DNA of 33,040 nucleotides from Myxococcota bacterium (GTDB lineage Bacteria; Myxococcota_A; UBA796; CAJQPC01). Shown in pieces: positions 17,722 through 27,700 of this stretch (its first letter is position 1; the number at the start of each line of letters is the position of its first letter). The translations under genes were made by a program, and so were the position numbers. Where the stretch lies: positions 1 to 33,040 of the forward strand of contig JAZAMN010000067.1 in the NCBI GenBank assembly GCA_036229005.1, written 5' to 3'. The notes beneath the pieces were generated by a model. The model saw only the letters and a program-made list of their open reading frames with translations. It did no database searches and had not been told where the DNA came from.

Positions 17722-17759
17722 CGGGGCCTCCCTCTGTTCCTATGTAGGCTGGGAGGGAG

Positions 17760-17765
17760 ATTGTA
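17760..17765 (-). promoter_or_regulatory. Possible -10 element (TACAAT) for the caspase operon
   Basis: 5/6 match to TATAAT about 40 nt upstream of the CTG start; no convincing -35. Confidence 0.35.
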
Positions 17766-17882
17766 GCTTTGCGACGGGGAGACTGATTGAGCCCCCGGCC
17801 ATCCCAGGAGAGTCGGCCAGCCGACCACAGGCTGATCACACCACCGGTCAGGCCCGTTGGACCGGATGGGCAGGCCCAGGTC

Positions 17883-19244
17883 CTACTGCCGCCCGTAGCT
17901 CTGCGAGTTCATCCACCACTCCACACCCACACCCACGTAGTGCCGGTGCATCCCCTGCGCGCGGCTGTCCATGGGGTCGTACCAGTCCTGGGCGTCGCTG
18001 TTCAGGCGGCTGTAGCTGTAGATGCCGTAGATCATCGGCCGGGAGAAGGTGCCGGGGGTGGGGGTGATCTGTGGGAAGACGGAGAGCTTGGTGACCTGGG
18101 GGACGTCGACTGTGTCTGTGCGAGGATTGACGCCGTTGGGGCGCAGGACCTGGTGGCTGGCCTCCAGGCCGAGGCCGACGTGCTCGGAGACGTGGATGGT
18201 GGGCCGGGCGACCAGGGCCATCTCCCAGCCGTCGTCCACGTCCTGGACCTGGCCGTCGGCGTCCTGGAAGGCGCGGGCGTAGCCGCCCAGGGCGACAGAG
18301 ACCCGGTCGATGCGGTGGTTGGCCCCCGCGGCGATGAGGCTGCTCTGGGCGGCGCTGACGCTGTAGTCGGGAGCGAGGCCCTCGGTGGGGATGCTCAGCT
18401 CGCCGTAAGCGGCGAGACCAGTGGCGTGCCGGAGCCAGAGGTGCACGAAGGAGTCCGGGGCCCAGCCCCAGGCGCTGAGCTGGGCACCGACAACGACGCC
18501 GCCATCGGCAGGCAGGTCCTCGGTGAACTCGTTGTCGACGATGCGGGTGCCCTCGGGGAGGTGGTGGTGCTCGCCGTAGAGCCGACCCTGGAGGGTGAGG
18601 CGCTCGCTGATGGGGAGCTGGTAGCCGACGCGGGCGCTGAGGATGCGGCGCTGACGGTCCAGCACCAGGACGTCCTGGCTCTCGACGCCGCCCGGCGTGG
18701 GCAGGCTCCAGCTCTGGACCTGGTAGTCCTCACCGACCAGGCGGTTGACGCCGCCATGGAGGCGGACCTGGAGAGGGCCCCGGTTGACCTCGGCGCCGCC
18801 ACCGATGGTGTTGAGCATGTCGAGGGGCCAGAAGTTCAAGAGGTAGAGATCGTCCCCTCGATACATCCGCGAGCCGGCCCAGAAGCTGACCTCGGTGTCG
18901 GCGGGGGCCTGGAGGGTGGCCATGCCGTAGAGGTTGCGGAGGGCCAGATCGGCGTCCCACTGGCCGTCGTAGTGGAAGGGCGCGCCGGAGAGCGCGGGGG
19001 TGATGAGGACGCGGAAGCTGGCGCCGTCGTCGAAGCTGCGGAACCAGCCCAGGTCGATCTCGGCGTAGGGATCGGCCTCCAGGCGGGGACCGAAGGCGGT
19101 GATCTGGACGGGCTGACCGGCCCCTCCCTGCAGGTCGCCGGCGGCCTGGGCGCGGCCATAGGAGCCGAGCACGAAGCCCTCCTCCTGGACCTGGGGCGGG
19201 TCCTGGGCGAGGGCGAGGGGCATCAGCAGCATGGAAAGGGACAA
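17883..19244 (-). CDS. Carbohydrate porin (LamB/maltoporin-like outer-membrane beta-barrel)
   Basis: GSYGR, RLE..YAEIDL, LRNLY, WAGSRMYRGDD.Y..NFWPLD, C-terminal GVGVEWW; TTG start with GGAGG. Confidence 0.85.
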   Translation of the reverse strand: MSLSMLLMPLALAQDPPQVQEEGFVLGSYGRAQAAGDLQGGAGQPVQITAFGPRLEADPYAEIDLGWFRSFDDGASFRVLITPALSGAPFHYDGQWDADLALRNLYGMATLQAPADTEVSFWAGSRMYRGDDLYLLNFWPLDMLNTIGGGAEVNRGPLQVRLHGGVNRLVGEDYQVQSWSLPTPGGVESQDVLVLDRQRRILSARVGYQLPISERLTLQGRLYGEHHHLPEGTRIVDNEFTEDLPADGGVVVGAQLSAWGWAPDSFVHLWLRHATGLAAYGELSIPTEGLAPDYSVSAAQSSLIAAGANHRIDRVSVALGGYARAFQDADGQVQDVDDGWEMALVARPTIHVSEHVGLGLEASHQVLRPNGVNPRTDTVDVPQVTKLSVFPQITPTPGTFSRPMIYGIYSYSRLNSDAQDWYDPMDSRAQGMHRHYVGVGVEWWMNSQSYGRQ

Positions 19245-19313
19245 GGGGGCCTCCGCTTGGGGCTCTGACCGCCGAGCGGGCGGATGATCACACAGCCAGG
19301 GCCGCCTTGGGGG

Positions 19314-21131
19314 TCAAAGGGCCGGAGTGCCCAGCTCTGCGTAGGGATCCAGGACCTCGGGCACGCCGGTCTGCTCCCAGGTCTGGAGGTAGTGCCGGAG
19401 CTGGAGCTGGCCCTCCTCCAGGCCGATCAGCTCGCCGTGGCTGGAGGGGATGACCTCGCCGTCGTCGGTGGCCCGGTCGAACTGGAAGAGGCCCGCGGTC
19501 AGCCCGTCCTCGTTGGCGGACACCGGCGCAGAGGGGCCCGTGCGGAGGCCGCTTACGGGGTGGACCTGGGGTTGGAGAAGGGGCAGATCCAGACCTCGAG
19601 CCATGTACTCCCCGGCCGTGACGGGCACGACGGTGTCCCAGGTGGACACGGGCATGAGCAGGTGCGGCGGGGTGGCGCTGTCCAGCCGCTCGCTGCGGAC
19701 GTGGGCGGCCCAGACGGCGGGGTCGGCGGGATCCAGCGCGGTCTGAGCCATGCTGAGAACCCGGCGGTAGTCGGCGTCGGTGGCGAGCTCGTTCTGGACC
19801 CCGGAGGTCAGGATGGCCATGAACTCGTTCTCCTGGGCGAAGGTGGCCAGGTGCCCGCCCGCGAGGGGGATCGCGGCGGCCTGGACCTGGTCGCTCTGGG
19901 CCATGAAGCCCGCGCCGAGCAGACCACCCAGAGAGACGCCCACGTAGGCGAAGCGCCCGGTGTCCAGGTCGTCGGTGCCGTCGCCGTCCACGTCGGGGTG
20001 TGCCATGAGCAGGGCGACCGCCTGGAGGCGCTCCAGGTTGGTCTGCAGGAAGTTGTGCAGCAGCGCCTGGCCGTCCATGCCCAGGGGCGAGAGGGTGATG
20101 CCCAGGAAGGCGGTCGCGTCGGAGTCGCTGGCGTCCGCGGCGGTGGGGTGGTCGCCGTGCTCAAGAGCGTCGACGCTGAGGACGGCGAAGCCCAGATCGG
20201 CGGTGCGCCGGAAGGCCCAGCCTCCCCCACTGCGGCTGGAGCCGAGGCCGTGGCCGTAGAGGAAGAAGGGCGCGGGATCGCCGCGGTCTGGCAGGTAGAC
20301 GTTGACCTGCAGCAGGTGCGTGCCTTGGATGTCTGGGGAGAGCAGGCCACCGGCGATGCGGTGGTCGTCGGCCCGGAAGCTGCCGCGGCAGAGGCGGCCG
20401 CTCTCGTAGGGCTCGCAGGTGGGGGCCTCTTCCCAGTCCAGGGTGCGGGCGGCGGCCTGGGCCCCGATCTCGGCGAGGCCGGCGAGGCTGTCCTGGGTGG
20501 TGAACACGGTGGCAGCGGAGATCTCCCAGGGCTCCAGGCCGAGCTCCTCTGGGAGGGTGCTGTAGGTGGCGGTCCCGGGCTCGGTCCCCTCCCCTTCGAG
20601 CAAGGCGCTGAGCTCGGCGTCCGGGACGATGCAGCGGCCGGTCGCGCTGCTGTGGTCGCGGGTGAGCACGACGGCGTGGCGGTGGCCGGGGGCCAGCGGG
20701 GCCAGCGGCTGCACCTCGAGCACGGTCGCGCCGTTCCACAGGTGGGCCTGGTAGGCCTGGCGCTCGCCGGTCTCCAGATCGACCAACATGAGGCCGGCGT
20801 CCTCCAGGCTCTGCTCGGCGCTCTGGGGGATCTCACCGAGCTGGCCGTCGAACTCCATGAGGATGGCGCCCAAGCGGCCGGCGCCGCTGCGCTCGTTGAC
20901 TGGGGCGACCATGCCAGCCATCGCCTCGGGGACGGCGTCGAGCACAGACTGGGGCAGGTTGACCCGGAGCCCGGTGGGCGAGCTGCTGTCCGCGACGGTC
21001 CAGGCGTCGTCCGGGAACTGATGGACCGGGCCTGCGGGATCGCCGGCGCTCCACAGGTGCTGGGGCCCCGTGCAGGGGTCCACGGTCTGACAGGCCGAGA
21101 GAAGCAGCAATCCCACCACAATGAACTCCAT
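19314..21131 (-). CDS. Lipoprotein alpha/beta-hydrolase (lipase-like) with N-terminal Ig-like region
   Basis: Lipobox LSAC; QPLAPLAPG..HAVVLT; YGHGLG; GVSLGG nucleophile; DPADP, DTVVP, SHG. Confidence 0.85.
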   Translation of the reverse strand: MEFIVVGLLLLSACQTVDPCTGPQHLWSAGDPAGPVHQFPDDAWTVADSSSPTGLRVNLPQSVLDAVPEAMAGMVAPVNERSGAGRLGAILMEFDGQLGEIPQSAEQSLEDAGLMLVDLETGERQAYQAHLWNGATVLEVQPLAPLAPGHRHAVVLTRDHSSATGRCIVPDAELSALLEGEGTEPGTATYSTLPEELGLEPWEISAATVFTTQDSLAGLAEIGAQAAARTLDWEEAPTCEPYESGRLCRGSFRADDHRIAGGLLSPDIQGTHLLQVNVYLPDRGDPAPFFLYGHGLGSSRSGGGWAFRRTADLGFAVLSVDALEHGDHPTAADASDSDATAFLGITLSPLGMDGQALLHNFLQTNLERLQAVALLMAHPDVDGDGTDDLDTGRFAYVGVSLGGLLGAGFMAQSDQVQAAAIPLAGGHLATFAQENEFMAILTSGVQNELATDADYRRVLSMAQTALDPADPAVWAAHVRSERLDSATPPHLLMPVSTWDTVVPVTAGEYMARGLDLPLLQPQVHPVSGLRTGPSAPVSANEDGLTAGLFQFDRATDDGEVIPSSHGELIGLEEGQLQLRHYLQTWEQTGVPEVLDPYAELGTPAL

Positions 21132-21263
21132 TCACGCCCCCAGTCATAGCTCGGGCTCACGCGATCTGCCGCGTGTGCCGATACACCTGGGGAGGCAACG
21201 GCCTCCGCGCGGCGCGGTGAGGACAGGTCACCAGCGCCCCCCACGTCCCTCACCCCAGGGGCG

Positions 21264-21304
21264 GCGGTCCTGGGTCTACGCTCCCACTTGAGGCCCAGGA
21301 CCGC
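21264..21304. terminator. GC-rich hairpin downstream of lysR (terminator- or REP-like)
   Basis: Arms 21264-21277 and 21291-21304, 13/14 complementary; no U-tract. Confidence 0.35.
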
Positions 21305-21324
21305 ACGGGGTGCGCGCGCGCGGC

Positions 21325-22242
21325 TCAGGGCTCCAGGAGCTGCTGGACGACCTGGATGACACGCCCGCGGAACCACTGGTGGCCAGCGTCGGCGTTCAGG
21401 CGTTCGGACCACATGGCGGCGGCGGGCACGATCGGGAGCGCGAGCGGGGGCTCGAGAATGACCAGCCCCAGGGGCTCGGCGACCTGCCTGAGCAGGGGCT
21501 CCGCGCTGGTGAAGAGCATGTCCGAGCCCGCCGCGAGGTGGGCCGCCAGCAGGAAGGTGGGGAGGACCAGACCGACCTCGCGCTGGAGCCCCAAGGCCTC
21601 CACGGCCGCGCCCACCGGACTGGGACCGCCTGGGGTGCGGACCAGGATGTGGGGCCAGCGCACATAGGTCTCGGGCGTCCAGGGCAGCGCGAGGGCCGGG
21701 TGTCCCTTGCGCAGCGCCACGGCCTGGCGGATGTCCCCCAGCCGACGCACCATCACGCCGGGGGCCTGCTCCGGCATCACGCCCAGAGTCAGGTCCACGG
21801 CCGAGACGGCGGAGACATGGGTCCCCACGTGCAGCGCGAGCTTGACGCCGGGCGCATCCGAGAGGGCCTGCAGCAGACTGGGGAGCGCGGGCGCGATGGT
21901 GTCCGGACAGGCCAGCCCGAAGCCGCGCTGGGCGGTCTTGGGGTCGAACTGCGCGCCGGCGCTGAGGATGCGCCCCAGATCCGCGAGCAGCGCCCGGAGC
22001 ACCGGCGCCATGGCCTCTGCGCGGGGCGTAGGCACCATCCCCCTACCCTCCCGGACCAGGATGGGGTCCCCCAGGTGCTCCCGCAGCTTCCGGAGCGAGT
22101 GACTCACCGCGGGCTGCGTGAGGCCCAGGGTGCGCCCAGCCTCCGTCACGCTGTGGGTCTGCAACAGCGCATCGAGCACCCGCAGCAGGTTCAGGTCCAT
22201 GCCGCTCAGGGGGAGCCCACCTGATACATTCGTTTCATGCAT
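21325..22242 (-). CDS. LysR-family transcriptional regulator
   Basis: MDLNLLRVLDALL...SVTEAGRTLGLTQPAVSHSLRKLREHLGDPILVR HTH; C-terminal HQWFR; TAACAT -10 box 6 nt before ATG 22242. Confidence 0.95.
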   Translation of the reverse strand: MHETNVSGGLPLSGMDLNLLRVLDALLQTHSVTEAGRTLGLTQPAVSHSLRKLREHLGDPILVREGRGMVPTPRAEAMAPVLRALLADLGRILSAGAQFDPKTAQRGFGLACPDTIAPALPSLLQALSDAPGVKLALHVGTHVSAVSAVDLTLGVMPEQAPGVMVRRLGDIRQAVALRKGHPALALPWTPETYVRWPHILVRTPGGPSPVGAAVEALGLQREVGLVLPTFLLAAHLAAGSDMLFTSAEPLLRQVAEPLGLVILEPPLALPIVPAAAMWSERLNADAGHQWFRGRVIQVVQQLLEP

Positions 22243-22260
22243 GTCTCAATGTTAAACATT
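22224..22260. promoter_or_regulatory. LysR-type operator and divergent promoter region
   Basis: ATACAT-N7-ATGCAT dyad with T-N11-A (22225/22237 and 22229/22241); palindrome AATGTT-A-AACATT 22248-22260; AT-rich patch. Confidence 0.6.
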
Positions 22261-22316
22261 AATTGGGTGGATTGCTTCAAGGAGGCGAGATTGAGGGGGC
22301 CAAGCGGAGGCAACGC

Positions 22317-23267
22317 ATGAACATCTTCATCACCGGCGGCTCGGGATTCCTGGGCGGACACCTCATCAACGGACTGCGCGGCGAGCACCGCATCCTGGCC
22401 CTGGCGCGCTCGGAGCGCTCGGCGGCCATCATCCGGGAGCGCGGCGCAGAGCCCGTGTCCGGTGCGCTGGACACCCTCAGCGCCGAGCAACTCCAGGACA
22501 TCGACGTCATCATCCACGCCGCCGCCCACGTGGAGGAGTGGGGCCCGCTGGCCGACTTCGAGGCCGCGAATGTGACCGGCACCGAGCGCCTGTTGGAGGC
22601 AGCGAGGGCTGCAGGTGTGCCCCGCTTCGTCCACATCTCCACCAACGCCGTGGTGGTCCAGAACGCTGACCAGCTTGGTGTAGACGAGGACTACAGCCCG
22701 TCCGGCAGGCTGCCCTTCCACTACGCGACCACCAAGGCCGCCGCGGAGCGGGCCGTGCTCGCGGCCAACAGCCCGGAGCTGTTCACCCTGGCGCTGCGTC
22801 CCTGCTTCATCTGGGGCCCCGGAGACACCACGTTGCTGCCCGCGATCGCCGCGATGGCGGAGCAGGGACGCTTCATGTGGCTGGATGGCGGCCGCAAGTC
22901 CGTGTCCACCACCCACGTGGACAACCTGGTGCACGCGGTTCGACTGTCACTCACTCAGGGGCGCGGCGGTGAGGCCTACTTCATCGCAGACGAGGACGAT
23001 CTCACCCTGCGCGCCTTCGTGAGCGGGCTGGCGCAGACCCGCGGGATCGCGCTGCCGGAGACCTCAGTACCCGGGGCCCTGGTTCGCCCGGTAGCCGGCA
23101 TCGTGGAGAGCACCTGGGTGGCCCTGGGCATCCAGCGCGACCCGCCCGTGACCCGCATGGCGGCCTCGCTGATGTCCACGGCAATGACGGTGCGCACGGA
23201 CAAGGCCCGGCGCGAGCTGGCGTGGGCTCCCGTGGTGGACCGCAGCGCCGGGCTCGCGGCCCTCTGA
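22317..23267 (+). CDS. NAD-dependent epimerase/dehydratase (extended SDR, 3-beta-HSD-like)
   Basis: Start ATG 22317 with GGAGG; TGGSGFLG, HAAA, YATTK, LRPCFIWGPGD. Confidence 0.92.
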   Translation: MNIFITGGSGFLGGHLINGLRGEHRILALARSERSAAIIRERGAEPVSGALDTLSAEQLQDIDVIIHAAAHVEEWGPLADFEAANVTGTERLLEAARAAGVPRFVHISTNAVVVQNADQLGVDEDYSPSGRLPFHYATTKAAAERAVLAANSPELFTLALRPCFIWGPGDTTLLPAIAAMAEQGRFMWLDGGRKSVSTTHVDNLVHAVRLSLTQGRGGEAYFIADEDDLTLRAFVSGLAQTRGIALPETSVPGALVRPVAGIVESTWVALGIQRDPPVTRMAASLMSTAMTVRTDKARRELAWAPVVDRSAGLAAL

Positions 23268-23271
23268 AGGC

Positions 23272-24237
23272 TCAATGCGGGGGCTTGGCGGCCAGCCTCC
23301 GAGCCAGGCGCTCCAGCACCCGGCCCTTGAGCGTGCTGGGGCCCGCCTCGTCCAGGCTGGCGGCCGCGACCGCGTCGTCGAAGGGCGTGGGGACGAAGCC
23401 CGGGAGCTCGTCCCAGAGGGGCGTCCCCGTGGGGATCAGGTCGTGCTCCAAGCCGTGGACCAGCTCCTGGGCGACCGCGAAGTCCGCCCGACTGACCAGC
23501 TTGAGCCAGTAGCTACTGAGCTGCGGGGTGAGCACCGGCACGGGGTAGACCTTGGGCTCCATGCCGCGCAGGCGGGCGACCCGGATGAGGATGTCCTTGG
23601 CGCTGAGGGTCTCGGGGCCGGGGAGCTCGAAGACCCGGGAGCCGGAGAGGGGCAGCGTCAGCGCGGCGTGCAGGCCGGTGATGACATCGTCGATGGCGAC
23701 GGGGCAGGAGCGGCTGCTGAGCCAGCGCGGGAGCAGCATCACGGGCAGGCGGCTGGAGAGGTCGCGGACGATCTTCCATGACTCGCTGCCCTGGCCGATG
23801 ATCATGCCGGCCCGCAGCTCCAGGCAGGGCACCCTCCCCTCGCGCAGGATGCGCCCGGTGTCCAGGCGGCTCTGCAGGTGTTCGGACGGGGGCCCAGCGG
23901 GCGCGACCCCGCCCAGGTAGACGATGCGCTCCACGCCGTTCTCGGCGGCCAGGCGGGCGAAGCGGCGGGCCGCAGCGCGCTCACGCTCGGCGTAGCCGGG
24001 GCCATCCGCCATCAGGTGGACCAGGTAGACGGCTGCGGTCACGCCACGCAGTGCCTCGTCGACGGAGACCGGGTCGTCGAGGTTGAAGTGCACCCAGGGG
24101 ATCTCCGGGCGGGCCTTGGCCGCCCGCTGGTGGGAGCGGGAGCCCCCGAGCACCGAGATCCCCTCCTCCAAGAGCTTGTCGACCAGGCGGCTGCCCACGA
24201 AGCCCGTGGCGCCGGTGACGAGGATGCGCTGGCTCAT
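23272..24237 (-). CDS. NAD(P)H-binding atypical SDR (YbjT-like N-terminal domain)
   Basis: Start ATG 24237; LVTGATGFVG, YLVH.M, SEHLQSR, LRAGMIIGQGSES, PVAIDDV. Confidence 0.9.
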   Translation of the reverse strand: MSQRILVTGATGFVGSRLVDKLLEEGISVLGGSRSHQRAAKARPEIPWVHFNLDDPVSVDEALRGVTAAVYLVHLMADGPGYAERERAAARRFARLAAENGVERIVYLGGVAPAGPPSEHLQSRLDTGRILREGRVPCLELRAGMIIGQGSESWKIVRDLSSRLPVMLLPRWLSSRSCPVAIDDVITGLHAALTLPLSGSRVFELPGPETLSAKDILIRVARLRGMEPKVYPVPVLTPQLSSYWLKLVSRADFAVAQELVHGLEHDLIPTGTPLWDELPGFVPTPFDDAVAAASLDEAGPSTLKGRVLERLARRLAAKPPH

Positions 24238-24632
24238 GGGATGCGGGCCTCCCGCTGGGCGAGGAAGCGGGCGAAGCGGCGCATGGTCCACTCGTGAACC
24301 CAACCGTGCGTGGGCCGGTAAAGCCACAGCGGGAGGGTCGGCGAGAAGCCCGTCAGCGAGGTCACCGAGCCCTGTTCATCGGCCTCGAAGGTGAAGTTTC
24401 CGCCCGGCTTGGCCAGCAGCCCGCCGTCCACGCTGTAGGCCCCGGGGCGCTTGAGGGTGAGGAGGATGGCGCGCAGCCCGAGCAGGAAGATGGTGACCCG
24501 CTGGAGCTCGATGCGGACGGACACCAGGGGCCCGAGCGCGCCATCGAGCCAGGACCAGTAGAGGCCCGCGAGCTCGGCGGCGGAGGGGTCGGCCAGCGCG
24601 GGGTAGCGCTGGATGGAGTCGACGGTGGGCAC
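24234..24632 (-). CDS. Small protein resembling the C-terminal domain of long YbjT-like SDRs
   Basis: ATGA overlap with the SDR; motifs VDSIQR, YWSWL, DGGLLA, F.PTLPLWLY..THG.VH...M..F; start uncertain (GTG 24632). Confidence 0.65.
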   Translation of the reverse strand: MPTVDSIQRYPALADPSAAELAGLYWSWLDGALGPLVSVRIELQRVTIFLLGLRAILLTLKRPGAYSVDGGLLAKPGGNFTFEADEQGSVTSLTGFSPTLPLWLYRPTHGWVHEWTMRRFARFLAQREARIP

Positions 24633-24748
24633 GTCCTTGTGTGTCGGAAAGTCGGGGGGTGTTGCGGAGGGGGGCTGGCGCGCGCGCTCGAAATCCCCCG
24701 AAATGTCGACCACTGGGACCAACCGTTAGAGATGACGGGGAGCCCGAT

Positions 24749-27700
24749 ATGACCTGGATCTTCGCCCTGCTCGCCGCTTGCACCCCTCAGCAGACGGGCT
24801 GCGACCCCAACCTGGAGGTGGGCTACCAGGACGCCGACGGCGATGGCTACGGAGACCTGAGCCAGCCGGTGACCGAGTGCCAGGCGCTGCCATCGGTGCC
24901 GGACGCCAGCGACTGCGACGACCAGGACCCGGACGTGCACCCGGACAGCACTGAGGTCTGTGACGGCGTCGACAACGACTGCAGCGGCGCGGTGGACGAC
25001 GACGCGAGCGACGCCCCGGTCTGGTACGCCGATCTGGACGGCGATGGCTACGGCGACCCCGAGAGCACCGTGGCGGCCTGCAGCCTGCCCTCCGGGTACA
25101 CGGACGACTCCCAGGACTGCGATGACAGCGACGGCGCCATCCAGCCCCTGGCCGACGAGCTCTGCGACGGGGTCGACAACGACTGCGACGGGGAGACCGA
25201 CGAGGACAGCGCGGTCGACGCCCTGACCTGGCACGCGGACCTGGACGGCGACGGCTTCGGGGATGCCAGCGCCCCTGCCCTGGCCTGCGCCCAGCCCAGC
25301 GCCCACGTAGCCGACCACAGCGACTGTGATGACAGCGACCCGGACACCTTCCCCGGCGCCCCTGAGCTCTGCGACGGGCACGACGACAACTGCGACGGCG
25401 TGACCGATGAAGACAGCGCCGTGGACGCCGGGAGCTGGCACCTGGATGCGGACGGGGACGGCTTCGGTGACCCGGACGACGCGCTGCCCTCCTGCGATGC
25501 CCTCAGCGGGCGCGTAGCGGACAGCAGCGACTGTGACGACAGCGATCTGGCCATCCACCCGGACGCGCTGGAGGTCTGCGACGGGATCGACAACGACTGC
25601 TCGGGCGCTGCGGACGAAGACAGCGCCGTGGACGCCCTCACCTGGTACGCCGACAGCGACTCGGATGGGTATGGAGACTTCACCGACAGCGCGCAGGCCT
25701 GCACCCAGCCTTCGGGGCGGGTGTCCCGGGCCGGCGACTGCGACGACACGGACGGCGCCACGTACCCCGGCGCCGATGAGATCTGCGACTCCGCGGACAA
25801 CGACTGCGACGGCAGCAGCGATGAATCCGCCGTGGACGCGGGGACCTGGTACACCGACGCGGACAGCGACGGCTACGGCACCACAGCCAGCGCGACGGTC
25901 TCCTGCACGCAGCCCTCGGGGACGGTGGCCAGCGACGGCGACTGCGACGACGGCGACGCGAGCATCAGCCCTGGCGCGACAGAGCTCTGTGACAGCGTGG
26001 ACAACGACTGCGACGGAAGCACCGACGAGGACGACGCGGCCGACGCAGCGACCTGGTACGCCGACGCGGACGGGGACGGCTACGGAGACAGCAGCAGCAC
26101 CACCACCGCCTGCACGCAGCCCAGCGGGACCACCAGCGACGCGACGGACTGTGACGACGGCGACGACAGCGCCTACCCCGGCGGCGAAGAGCTCTGCGAC
26201 GGGGCGGACAACGACTGCGACGGCAGCGTGGACGGGACCTCGGTCCCGGGCGACTACAGCACCATCCAGGGCGCGATCGACGCGGCGTCATCGGGCGACC
26301 TGATCTGCGTGGCCTCAGGCACCTGGTATGAGACGCTGGACTTCTCCGGGAAGGACGTCATCGTCGGGGGAAGCTCCGGGAGCGGCGCCACCACGCTGGA
26401 CGGCAGCGGGAGCGGACCGGTGGTGACCGCGGACTCTGGCGAGTCCACCAGCGCGATGCTCCATGGCTTCACCGTCACCAACGGAGACGCCCAGTACGGC
26501 GCCGGGATCTACGTGGAGAACAGCGGCCTGAGCCTCAAGGACGTGGTCTCCACCGGGAACAACTACAGCGGGAGTTGCTTTGGCGCCGGCCTCTACAGCA
26601 GCAACGCGACCCTGGCGATCCAGGACAGCCGCTTTGACGCCAACACCTGCGACGCCGGCTGGGGGGTGGGCGCCTACCTCAGCGGCTCCACAGTGACGGT
26701 CCAGAGCACCAGCTTCGACCAGAACAGCGCGGGGAACCACTCCCTCGTCTACGGCGTCGGACTCTACCTGAGTGGGACGACGCTGAGCGGCACGGATCTG
26801 TCGGCCTCCGAGAACGAGGCTGAGGGAGGCGGCGCAGCGAGCGCGCTGGGGCTTGGACAGTACAACGGAACCAGCACCATCACTGGCCTGGTGGTCGAGG
26901 GAAACCAGACCACCGACACGGGCTCCGGCGAGATCACCAGCGCCTCCGGGGGGGTGATCGCGCTCAGGGGGAGCAGCGCCTCGGCCACCTGGACCGACCT
27001 GAGCCTGGATGACAACACCATCGCGGCCGACGGGGACATCCAGGGAGGCCTGCTCTACTGCCGAGACGGCACCCTGGTGCTGGACACCGTCTCCATCTCC
27101 GGCGTCGACGTCAGCACCAGCCAGGACGACATCGAGGGAGGGCTCTTCTATCTGGAGAGCTGCACCGCGAGCATGGCCGGGCTGGAGATCGATGGAAACA
27201 GCGTCAGCCAGACCAGCACCGCGTTGGGGGGCTACACCGCCTATGTGGACGGCGGACTTCTCCAGTTCGTCGACACCACCGCGACCCTGGATGACCTGAG
27301 CGTCACGGACAACGCCGTCTCGCACGTCTCGACCGCGGGAGGTGTGGACGGTGGCCTGATCTATGTCGAGGGTACAAGCCGGGTGGACATCTCGGACTTC
27401 GAAATCCATGACAACACCCTGGATTGTGGCGGGAGCTGCTCAGGCGCGCTGTTCTACAGCTACGCAAAGAGCCTGGATCTCTCCCAGGGGTGGCTGGCGG
27501 ACAACATCGGCCAGAGCGGCCTGTGGTGGGGTGGCGTCGGCGCGGTGTTGACCCCCGTGAGCCTGACCAACGTCATCGTGGCCAACAACCAGCTCCAGGA
27601 CGGCGCGGTCGGCACGACCTTCTATGGCAAGTCCAACGCCGATCTGGAGCTGACCAACGTGGACCTGGTCGACAACGGCTGCAGCTCGGGCAGCTCGGGC

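Noticed and set aside
14043..17882. att sites or target duplications bounding the caspase island
   Set aside because: No convincing direct repeat found by eye at the two edges, and no integrase or tRNA adjacent
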